Positions 12,001-24,000 of a stretch of 64,000 bases of DNA are shown piece by piece (positions within the stretch are counted from its first letter, which is position 1; each line of letters opens with the position of its first letter). The translations under genes and the position numbers were made by a program. The stretch lies in assembly GCA_028707125.1 (NCBI GenBank), contig JAQTUX010000002.1, positions 433,872 to 497,871 on the forward strand, in the 5' to 3' direction. The DNA comes from Candidatus Omnitrophota bacterium. GTDB taxonomy: Bacteria > Omnitrophota > Gorgyraeia > Gygaellales > JAQTUX01. Below the pieces are notes generated by a model that saw nothing but the letters and a program-made list of their open reading frames with translations, was not told the DNA's origin and made no database searches.

Positions 12001-15000
12001 CCGCTATTATATTTGCCGCTGTAATCACGAGCCCAGCCACGGGTAGGGTGATCCCTGGCGGCGAACTTGTTCTTTCTAATAATTCAAAGGCATTCCTGGC
12101 CTTTTCTATCCTCTGCTCATCGGTCAATCCTTCTTCTTGCGCCGCGGTCAGATTTACCATTACCGGAGAGACCTCTTCAATGACATGCGGCCTGGTAAAG
12201 TAGGCGTCATCCTGCGCGCCCAGGTAATTTCTGCACCATGCCTGCGTGACCATAGTTATGCGAACAGCATTGATGTACGGAAAGCGCTTATACACGAAAT
12301 CAGTTGCCCTGTAAATATCTTCGGAATTAAGAGGACCGTAGCCCAAATGCGTTGTGCCTTTAAGGCTAGGGTGGGTATGCGCCATTTCCAGGAGGTCTAC
12401 GAACTGCACGCCTTGTTTCTCATACAATTCGGCCAACCACTGCATTATATAATAAACAGGGATCGCGTTTCTTCCGCCTTCAATGAATCTGGTATGTGTC
12501 GCGCCCCCATATACAGCCGTGATCATCGCGACTTCGGTATTCTGGGTATTCCTCCTCTTGTTGCACTCTTTATGAAGAGCCCACAAGCGGACTGCCCTGC
12601 CAACCTCTACCTCTGCCGGTATGATCCTTATAACTGAACGCTGATGAAGTATAAGCTCATCTACATCTGCTCTGCTTATAATAGCTTCTCCGTCAAACGT
12701 AGTGGATTTCCCGTCTTTTCTGATTAATATGGGGTCAAATTCCGGAACTTCGTTATGAGGGACTGTTTTGAACAGCGAACCTGCGTATACACGAATTCCA
12801 CCTGCTGTTTGCTCTGTATTCTGCTCAACAGCGACAGGTGGACTGGTTTCGTAGCGCTCTATTACCGCGGAACTCGCAACAAGAACAGCGTCAGCCGCCC
12901 TTTGTAACTGTTCAACCGGCGGCAGGATCGGCGCTATATAGGCCTTTCCGGTGGTCGCACTGCTGGAACCACTGTTTCCGTTACCGGAACCTGAACTTAC
13001 ACTCTGGGCGCCTTGGCCTCTGCCTGTATTTTCCGCAGGCAGGCCTGATTCATTCGCGTTCTTGCTGTCTGCTACTGCACTTCCTGCACCTCTACGATCA
13101 ATATGTTTGCCCGCTTCTGGCTCGACGACCTGGCTTTGGGCAAAGCCAGCCGCCCCGCTTATCCCGCCTGCTCCGGTAGCGCTTGAGCTTCCGCTCAACA
13201 TGGCGAACATCTGGTCAAGCGGAATACCCATACCCACCGTGGCTGGCATGGGAAGTATTATCGGGCTCTGTAAGATTGTCTGACTTGCGGCCGAACCGGC
13301 TGTATTAGAAGGACTGTTACCTATATTATTGCCGCCTGTGGGCGCCTGAGGCATACCCAACGGTTGCTGCGAGCTGGCAGGCGTGCCTGTTGGTCCATCC
13401 TTGGGCGCCTGTTGGCTATTCTTTCTGGCTTTATCCCTGCCCGCAGAGAAAAATGACTTAAGCATGTACTGAGAACGGACCAGTATATCTGTATTCCCCT
13501 CAACTGTATACCGATACGGATGATCACCTTCAAGCGCAACCAGGGCATTACCTTCCGGAATCTTAAATTCACCTACGATTTCTCCTCCCTTGTACCAATT
13601 CACACCCATATGGCCGACTATTTCCGCGGCTTCATTTGTTCTCAAAACACGGAATTCTCCGCTGTATACTGATGCCCCCTTAGGATATACATCAACGACC
13701 AACGTCTCATGGCCTGTTCCCGGAGTTACATACAGGTACCAATGCGCGTCATTATTTACCAACTCTACTTCCCATGCCGGGTCAAATATCTTTAATAACT
13801 GGCCGAATACAGTGTTGCGGGTCATGCAGGCAGCGCCATCCGGTAAATACATATTAATATGCCCGTATAATGATTCCACGACCTTCTCTAACGCGTCGAT
13901 CCTGGTTATCGCGGTAATATCTTTTTGTTTCTTCAGGTTACTCAACTCACTTTCCGCGATGGCAAGATCATCTTCGGCATGAATGTCTTTAAATTGACTT
14001 ATCGCCTTATCATATAAATCTATCGCGCCAATTATGTCCCCTCTTTCTGCCAACACCCTGGCCTTCTCAACTTTTGCTTCTGCCGTTGAGCTGGAAACAG
14101 GGCCTACGGGCGTAAGGGCGATGCTGCCGTCCTGCTGAAGCGCTATCCTGAAGAAATGCTTTAAATCAGCGGTGCTGGCAAGGGCCTCCGGCGGTTGAAG
14201 CGCGCCGTTAACTATCGCCCCTATTTTCAGCTCTTCTCTGAGTACCAGGGGCTGCCCCTTATAATCGTCTATCGGGGTGCCGACAGGTATTATTTGCACC
14301 GGCCTGATATTCCACGGTTGGATATCCATCTCGCCGTTATTATCCAGGGTTACCTTAAATTCATTGTCTTCTTTATCAGCGGCCATTACCTCTTTTGTCA
14401 CTGATTTTATGCTGCCGTCCTTGCCCTTCAATATATTGATCTCGCCCTGCAGGATAAGCGGATGCTCATCGTCGCTGCTGATATTCTCTCCCTGCTTGCG
14501 GGTTATCTTTAAAGGCATAAATACAGTATGGCCGTCTTTGCCTGTTTCGCTTACAATCCAGGGATCACCCTCATTATCTACAAGGTCTATGGAATCAACG
14601 CCTGTCTTTCTCTCAAAACCGTAAGGAAGATATCCTCCGGCAGCGGGCCTTAACACCTTGCCGTCGTCCAGTTTTATCTCTGCAAGTATTGTTGCCTTAT
14701 CATCGTCAAGGCACAACCAGCCGTTTATCGCCGCTGCCTGCTGCCTGGCCTTTTTCTCTATCTGCGGCTCGGTCAATTTATCCTTATTCTGCTTAGCGTC
14801 ATTAACGGCGTTCAGCGCCTCCCGCGCCATTTCAACGCTCACCACGCCCTTATTAGCCGCGATCTTATCCATCATTTCATCTATTGCGGCTATGCCTGTC
14901 CTGGCTGCCGCGGGAAGGCCTTTAACCGTCGCCGCGATGCCCAATTTCCCAAACCTGCGCATATTCTGCCACAATAAAGGATTGATCCTCAATATACCCG

Positions 15001-18000
15001 CGTCTAACTCTATTATCTGTTCGGCGCCCTCTGCCAGGAACTCAACCCCCGCGGGCAACTGAGCGCCGCTTATGCCTAATTCCTTGAACAGGGCGGGGAT
15101 CAACAACTGCGTCCCTTTCTCAAAGCCCCTGGCCGTAATATCCTTACCGTCAACCTTGAGCGGCTGTTCAGCGATAACAGCGGTGGCCCTTGATATGGCC
15201 CTGCCGTCCAGGAACTGGAAGCCGTCCTCTGTCACCATTATCTGCATGCCCACGCGGAAACCCTCTGCTCCGGGTATTGAGAGGAACGGCTGGAGAGATA
15301 CTATGTCTCCGTTGCGGACGATGCCGGATAATTCAACCCTGTCGTCATAATGACCCATTGGGAAGCTGTGCCTTTCCTCGCTGCCGAATACCTCATGTAT
15401 CTTCTGCCAGAATCCGTAGCGGCTGCCCAGGCCGCGCCTGGAGGCGTTAAGTATCCTTCTCTCCTCCGCCTCCAACCCTTCTAATGCCGCCTCTTTTTCT
15501 TCGTCGCTGAGGCCCAACAGAGGTATTGATTTCTTCTTAAGCCTGATCTGCACCAACGCCTCGCCGCCTGCCATACCGGCAGCAGCCAGGCCCGAAAGGT
15601 CTTCCCAGGTAGGCGTAAAGGGATTCCTGAGATTATCGAGCACTGCCCAGAGCGCGTCATACTGCCTCAAATGCGCGTCTTTCTGAGTATGCGTGAGCCC
15701 GCTCAAACTCTCCTCAAAGCTGTCTCTGTTACCATTACTGTAATCTATCTCTTTAAGCTGTAGTTTAGCGCCTTCGCCCTTGACCACCGCGAAGACATAG
15801 GACTGGTCAACGCGCTCGCCGCCCACATCAACAACCGCGTCTAATCTAAAGGTATCGCCCGCCCTCAAATACCTGTCCGGGCCCTGGTAACCCATGATCG
15901 AGGTATTCCTTCCGGAAGATGCCGATGTATCCCGCTGCACGACTATCGCGGGGGCATCCTCGGCAGCGCTGCTGGAAGAAATCCCGTAGACCTCGTTTAC
16001 AAAGGCGCCTCTTAATTGCGCCCCGGTCATATTATTGTCTTCTGCGAACACGGCAACGACGCTATCCTTTGCCGCGTTGGATACCTCGTATGCCCGGCCT
16101 TGCAGGTCAAGCTGCTCCTGTGTCTTGAACTTAAGGCGGGATAATTCATAGTTGTGGGTAATGCCTATTGCCTGGTCGGCGGAAAGGCCGGCAACCGTCT
16201 CAAACACATTGGTGCCGGGGTCCTGCTTTGCCCTGTGCATCAAGCGCATAAAGTAAAGCGAGATCCTGTCATCTATGCCTGTCATAAGTTCGGACGCCAT
16301 ATTAATATAATCGGCCGCGGAAATGGCGCTTAACGCCTCGGTTATGACTTCGTTAGGATTATGCTCTTTCAGGTCAAGTGAATCAAGGTCCCAATCTTCA
16401 GCAGGATTGCCCATTCTTTGTTCTAACGCGCTAAGGAAAGGACGCGTGTAAGGATTGTTCCTCAAGGCATCCACGCGCGCCTTGTGCAGCTTCCTGGCGT
16501 AATCTACATCGGTATCACCCGGCATTCTGGTGACAGCGGCCTGTCCCAGCACGTTTTTAACTATGGAGTGGTCAAGTTCGTGAATAACATCGTGGATGCC
16601 TGTGGGATTCAACGAGATAGAGACGCTGCCGCCATCGTATCGCCTGGAGAACAGGTCTTGTCCGGCGTCTATCTTTATCGGCCTGGCCTCGTTCGGCTGG
16701 TTCTGCGCGGTTACCATACGGCCCTCATCCCAGAGCGTGCCGTATTCCACAAGCTCATAGGACTGCGTATCCATAAGCTGCCCGGCAGCCGTTGCGCCGC
16801 CGCCTAAATGCTGCGTAAGATAAGTCAGGGCAATGTTTCGGCCGTCTTTATTTACGTTCAGATTCAAAACCGGGATAAGCGCGTTATATACGCTCTTTGT
16901 GTCGTATTCCGCGCTGTTCTCCACGTTTCTTTTTACCTCAGCCAGCTTAACTTCGGCGTCATCCGCGCTCATACCTGTGCCTATAAATTGCTGTTTATAT
17001 GCATCGTGATTGCTTGCCAGGAAATCTAATGCCATCCTGCGGCTGATATATCCCTTATTCCTGCCCAGCAGTTCAAACTCCGCCTTCTGGCTGTAATGAT
17101 GCAGGGCGATCTCATCCAGGCCAACCATCTTCTTCAGCCCCCTGATATTCGTGAGCTGCTTTTCCCTCTTCTTAAGCTCCTTTAGTTTGTCCTTCCTGGT
17201 CTGGGCGTCCATCGCCGAGTTCTTAGCGATCTTGTCCCTTTCCTTAGCGAGCTGCTTCAATTCCACGCTGAACTCAGCGTCCTTAAACTCGCCATCTTCT
17301 TTCTGCAACTGTTCCCTTAATATGCCTCTGAGCTCTCCTGCCTTGCCCAGGCCCAGCCGCGATAAGCTGTACCAGTTCAACTGCAAGAGGCCTTTTCTAA
17401 AGAGACCCATATCCTGCCTGTTCACGCCGGCCAGCTCTTCTTCAAGCGCGCGCACGCCCATAACGCGCCTTGCCTCTGTTTCAAACCACTGCATCCTCTG
17501 CAAATGGCGGCTCTGGCCGCTGGTGAGGTATTGCGCGTAAGAATGCAGCATCTTTGCCTCTGCGTTCTCAAGCTGAGGACGCAAGGCGCGCGCTAGGGCC
17601 GACCTCCAGGTCACTTCATCCTGATAAAGCGAGCCGCCCGGAAGGGTATAGGCCGCTAAATTCCCCACCTCCTGCATAACGCTTCTGCTGAATGTCTCAT
17701 CCCCTGCCAGGCACTCTTCAACAATCGCCTGCGTATTTACCTTAAAAGGCAGGATGTGCTCATCCGCAACGTCTGAATTATACGCGCTGAAACCGTCATT
17801 GCTGATAATGATGACTTTTCTGCCGGTCATCGCCCCTGCTATCATCCTTGCCGCTCCGTCTTCGCCTTTAAGTTTCGCGGCGACAAACAGATTGGCTGCC
17901 TCCGCCCTTATGGGGTTGGTTTCCGTAGAGGCGCGCGCCTGTATCTCGGCGAGTTTCGCGTGCCTGTCTTCAGGCGCCGCTGCCTGATACTCTGCCTCCA

Positions 18001-21000
18001 GCGGCACCATTTCCGCCTGCGCGCCAAAGAACTCCCGCCATTTATTCTCGCTGCCTACTTCAAAAGTGCGGATATAGCCGTTCTCATCCACAATGATCTC
18101 GGTGCCCGCGGGCAGCCCCTCATCGGCGATTGCCTGGAGGGCGTAACGGTCGTTCTTCCAACTATCCCAATTACCGCCGGTCAGGCAATCCTCTGCTGCC
18201 GTCTTCTGAGAATCCATAGAGCCGCTGAAGCTCACGCCTATTACCCTGCTGTTCTGCCGCGACAAGCTCCTCTTCAGCGCCCAGGCGCTCTTGTAAGTAT
18301 TGCCGATGCCCCCTTCAGGGGTAAGGATCTCCTCTAATAACTGGACGTACTGCGCGGGCAAAGGCAGGAAATTAAGCAGCACGATATCTATTGCCGGCTC
18401 ATGCAAGCTCTCCTGCAGGGTGCCGTTGACAACCAGGGTGCCTAACCTCGCTCCCAAAAGCCGCGTCCTCTCCATAAAGCTCAAGGATGACTTGTTTGAC
18501 TGCTCAAAGACCTTCTTAAACGGCGTTTCAAACACCTCCAGGCCCTCTGCCAGCGCCTGGTATTTCGCCCCCATATTGGCGAACTTGATATTGGGGAAGG
18601 AATGGCGCGCCAGAGGGAACAGCAGATTCAGGGCGACGGCGAATGATACGTTGGACTTTTCCAGGTTCTCCCACTGATCTTTTAGAGAAGCATTCTCCAA
18701 TAATTCAGCAAAAGAACCGATCTTTGCCTTGCCGTCCTTCTCGCCGTATAATCCCACTGAATACGACCTGGTGAACATCTCCGCGGCGAATTTGACTATG
18801 TCTGTAAGCTTGTTAAATGAAGGATACCTGTCCAGTATGTCGCTGTAGACCTCTTTGGTGGCCTTGATGCCAAGCAGAGCAGCGTCTCTTTGCGTGATCC
18901 AGAACTGGCCTAATGTCTGAGACAGCAGGCCCTTGGCAAAATTGGTATATTGGGAGGGTATCATAATTTCCTGTGCCACGGCGCCGGTGGCTGTGATGGC
19001 GATATACAACGGCGCGATCACGCTGAGGATATTCCAGGCGCTTCTGGCGGTCACGTCATAGAACAGGCCCTTTGTGGCTGCCAGCCCTGTTCCGCCTATG
19101 CGCTGGGACAAAGAAGGTTTATTAATATCATATCTGCCGAAGGGATGGGCCAGCAGGCTCATCGCCCCCAACGCGGCAATAATCCCGCCGGTTACGCGCA
19201 GCGCCTCTGCCGGAGCCCTGCCCTTTAAGCTCAGGGCGTCAACTACCTTAAGGGCGGTTGTGTTTTCAATACCCAGGCCTTTCAGGTCGGCGCTGTCAAA
19301 GCTGCCCATAGCATACAACAGGCCGCCCGCTCCTATTAATCCCAGATCGCTGAACACCGGATGCTCAACGCCCCTTCTATACCAGCTGCTAAGGCTCTGC
19401 CGCGTGCCCTCCCACATACCTGACACGCCTTCTCTGATCGCGCCTGACTGTACCCGCTCGCCTCTGGCATTTGTATAGAACGCCTTTTCCGGACGGCCCT
19501 TCCTGTACGTCTCCCAGGCGCGGGCGCCGAATCTTGTAACGCTCTTAACCAGCGCGCCTTCAATAAGGGCAGTGGTCAAATCAGCCGGCATACCTTTATA
19601 TTCGCTGAACAGATGTGGCGTTGAGGCGTCTTTCCAGTTAAATCTTTCGGGATGGCGGCTGATCCAATTCTCGGTAAGCGACACCGCGGGGTCAAACACC
19701 GCTTTTTTGGCTCCGTAGACCAGGGCCGCGACTGATACGGTATCTATGGCAAAAGAAGCGATCCTGGGAGTATGCCTGGCTAACATTCCGGCTATGGCGC
19801 CTGCTGCGGCATAAGCAGCCAGATCCAGCGGCTCTGTAATATCATTATTATAAAAACCGTAACCCAGCCCGGCAGCCGCGCCCAACAAACCATAGGTAAG
19901 AGGATAACTTATACCCTTGGATGTATCCCAGGCCCTTTCTGTCCTGATAAAGCTCTCGCCGAAGACCCTGCTCAAACCTGACTTGGGATTGGAAACGACG
20001 GGGCTGAAGCGGATATTCCTGGCTAAAAGCATTCCGCCCAGGCCGCCGATCATCAGGCCGGCGTTGGCAACATAATTGGCGAAGACCGAATCTCCCTGTT
20101 CGCCGCTATGATACAACGCTAAACCGGTTGCCATCATCGCCGCCGGCGTAAGCACTGTGCGCTCTGCCGCGGCCTGGACAATATTGCTCTGCGCTATGGC
20201 GCGCGCAAGATTGGAATTGGCCGCCTTAAAGTATCCTGCCCCGGCAAAATTCCAGATCGCGGCAGCGCCGATGCTGGCAGAGGCCACCTTATCCAGGCCG
20301 TAGGCAACGTAGGCCGACTGGTTTTTGATCGCGCCCCACTTCTGGCTCCAGTCCTCTCCCTGCATAGGCCAGGCAGGGATGCCGATGCTCAAGGCCGTAT
20401 TCAGGCGCGTAAGGTTGGCCGCCTGATTGTAGACGCCGGCGGCAATGTAACCCCACTGCTGCGCGGCGGATAACTCACTGAATAACATGTTGCTGCCGTC
20501 TGCCATCCTCATCAGCCAATCGGTCTTCGTCTTACCGCTGAACAGCGGTCTACTGTAAGTCATTCCCAGAGGAGTATATTCAATGAAGACATTTCTCTCA
20601 GCCAGCAATCTTTCCGGCGCGTTAGTTGCTTTGGTTATCTGCCTGCCGGCATACCTGAAGCCAAGAACGCCCAAGGTGAAGCTGCCTGCCAGACGACCCA
20701 TGTTCGCGGGATTGGCCTTTATCTCTTCGCCTATGCCGGCGGCGATCTGAGGCATTATCGTAGAAAGGGTTAATGCCTGCTTCAGGGTCTCTAAAGGATT
20801 GGAAAACGCGTAAATGGTGTAGCTGTGGCTTGCCGCCTGTAATGCAAGATCAAGCGCTCCCGCGACATAGCCGGGGATGAAGGCGTAATACCCGAATTTT
20901 TCATTCATCGCCTGGTCAAACGCCTTGCGCTCTTTCAGTTTAACCGCGTCTACCCTGCCCTCAAGATTCTCGCCAAAACCCATCCTGCCTGCCGAGGCGA

Positions 21001-24000
21001 TCAACGTCCTGCCCGGGTCCAGCATAATGCCGCTTATCTGCGCTCCCCAGCCCAGGGAATTCACCAGAGGACGATACATCTCATCCTTGGCGATCACGGT
21101 TGAGCCGGCAAGAAAACCAAGTGTGTTTTTAGTCAAGCCGGTCATTTCATCAAAACCCCTGCCTAATGCCTTTGGATAATAAACGGCAAGGTCTTTTGCC
21201 TTTACGGCAAGACCGCGGCCGTAATCTAATCCCTTATATACCCGCAGTAACAGGTTGTGGACTATCTGCGGATTATTTTTTATGGCGGGGATAAGAAAAT
21301 TCAGCGCCTTGCCGCCTGCCCATGACACTCCTGCCAGCGGAAGAGTGACCTGCAGGCCCTTAAGATGCAGGGCTAATTGGCCTGATAAACTGTTCGGCAG
21401 CTTCCAGGCATCTTCTTTGCCGCGGTTCTCTATGCCGTTAAGAATGTATCCCGCGGCCGCATTAAATGTAACTATCTCCGCGATCTTGAATAGCGCCTTG
21501 GCCTCTGCGCTATACTTGCTTACAAGGTCCATTGCCAGCCGAGGAGTGTTGAGCGCGATGACGGTCGCGGCGCCGTAGCCAAGCGACCTTCCGGCTTCAG
21601 ACCAGCTGTCTAAACTCCAATCCTTTTCATAGAGGCCTTTCTCCGCGTAGCCGATAACAGGGGCTGCCAAGGCGTTAAGCGTTATCTGCGGATGCTTCGT
21701 GACAAAACCTGTAAGCTTCGCGGGTATGCCGCGGCCATACCACAGGCCGTTGGCTATGCCGACGGTGGCTGCGCCGTAGGCCCCTATCTTTCCTATGTCA
21801 GATAAACTGTCTATACTCCAGTCATTTCCGAATACGCCATTTTCAATATAGCCAACGACAGGAACGGCTAAGGTGTTAAGCGTTGCCTGCGGGTGCTTGG
21901 TGACAAAACCGGCGACATTCGCGTAGAGCTTCGGCGCCAATTTCATTATGGCCGTTCTCCAGCGATACCCTCCCAAAGCCGGCAGAGTGACCATAAGCCC
22001 TTTAAGCGACAGATCTATAAGATCAGAACTGCTGTTCGGCAGCTGCCAGGCATCATCCTGGCCGCGATTCCATATTCCGTTTACTCCGTATCCGCTGGCG
22101 AGGGTGCCCGCGGCCGCGCCTGTGGTCCAGAGCAGGCCTTTACCGGTTTTGACTAAAACAGGGTATTGGCTTAAGAACCCGAACATCTTACCTGGAATAT
22201 TGCGTCCGGCATACAGCAGGTTGGCTGCCACTACAGTCGCGCCGCCATAAGCGAAGGTCTTGCCGGCGTCAGACCAGCTGTCCATGCTCCAGTCCTTATC
22301 ATACAGGCCCTTTTCCGCGTAACCGACAACAGGGACTGCCAAAAGATTAAGCGACAACTTCGGATGAGCCGCGGCGCTGCCGCTCACCACGCCTATCTTT
22401 GAAATACCCTTGATTATAATGCCGTTCTTATCAAGTATCTGCCGGATTTCGGGAGTATTGATACCTTTTGTAATATTGTGCTGGGCCTTGACTGCCGTGG
22501 CCGTCCTTAAAGCGCTGTCTCCGGTCTTGAAACCGGCTTTATAAGCGGCCTTTAACAACGGCTTTGTAATGGCGTTGGCTGCTTCCTGCACGTTCTCTCC
22601 GCGCATGCCGCCGGCAAAACCAGAAGCAAATTTCATTATGGGCTTTCTTAACAGATACGTCGCCAAAACCGTCAAGGTAATCGGCAGCCCCTTAACAGAC
22701 AGGTCTGCTATATCCGAGATGCTATCCGGCAGGGCCCAGGCGCCATCCTGCCCGTGATTCCATATACCATTCACTGTATAGCCGGCAACAAGATTACCTG
22801 TTGCTACCGCGCTGCTCCAGAGCAGCCCCTTGGCAAGCTTGCCGGAAACATTATATTTTCTGGCGAAGTCCCCTATCATCCCGGGTATGCCGCGGCCATA
22901 CCACAGGCCGTTGGCTATGCCGACGGTGGCTACGCCGTAGGCCCCTATCTTGGCTATGTCAGACAAGCTGTCTATGCTCCAGTCGTTTCCGAATACGCCC
23001 TTTTCCGCGTAGCCGATAACCGGAACGGCCGCGATGTTAAGCAACGGCCGCGAATGGAGGCCGGCCCAGTTCATTACGCCGGCAGACATCCTTCCTACGG
23101 CGCTCGCATTCACCCACTTAATGCCTGCCTTTGCCCAGCTGCCAGCATAACTACCCGCGCCTTTCAATATCTTCCATGTGCCGCCAGCCAGGCCCCTGAC
23201 AGCAGATACGCCTAATCCCTGATATAGATACGTCTCCGCGACAGTGCCCACGCTTTCGCCTATTGTCATCGGCCGGCCCAGGTATTGCGCGCTGTTATAA
23301 TGCCCGTAGCCAAGGAAGGCGCTCGTCCAGAAAGGAACTCCCGGAGCGCTGGTCGCGCTCTTTATCAGATTACCTGTTGCCGTGCTTGCCCTGTATAAGA
23401 AGCCGGCTCTGCCCGTTATCTCCGCTCCCGCAGCCCCCCAACCCAGGAATTTAGCGCCCAAAGAAGTGCCCATCTTGCTGCCGGCGCCCGGGAGCAGGAA
23501 TGTCGCCGCCAGCAAACTATCCTCTCCGAATGATAAAGGCCTGCCCTGATATTGCATAGATGCCCAGTTAGCCGCCACATCTGTGACGGCAGCGGCTGAA
23601 GGGATCATCAATCCCCTCGCGCCGACACCCAGCTTAAGCAACTGGCTGCCGTAATATACTTCAAGAAATGTCTGTCCTGCCTTGCCCCAGTATCCGATAC
23701 CCCTCACCCAGGGATTTTCAGATTGCAATGCGGAATTCATCGGGCTGTATCCTTTTGTCCAGGCATCTTTCCCGTAGGCGCCGACGTAGTAGGCATTATT
23801 GAACCAGTAAGGCGCGGCATCAGAACCATGCAACCTGCCTAACGTCTTATCATAGGCCCATACGATCCCGCCGATGCCATACTCTATGCCGCTCTGCCCA
23901 TACGTCAGGCCGGAGTTCAAGGCGCTGCCTACCGTGTTTATCGCAGCCACTATTTCCTGAGAACCGCCAAGGGTGTATAACTTCACTGATGTGCCGTCGG

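Noticed and set aside
12300-12420. Possible JAB/MPN (JAMM) metalloprotease motif 'MAHTHPSLKGTTHLGYGPLNSED' in the giant frame.
   Set aside because: H-x-H-P-S resembles RadC/JAMM, but the downstream S-x2-D spacing does not fit the consensus. That is too weak to call without an HMM or structure.
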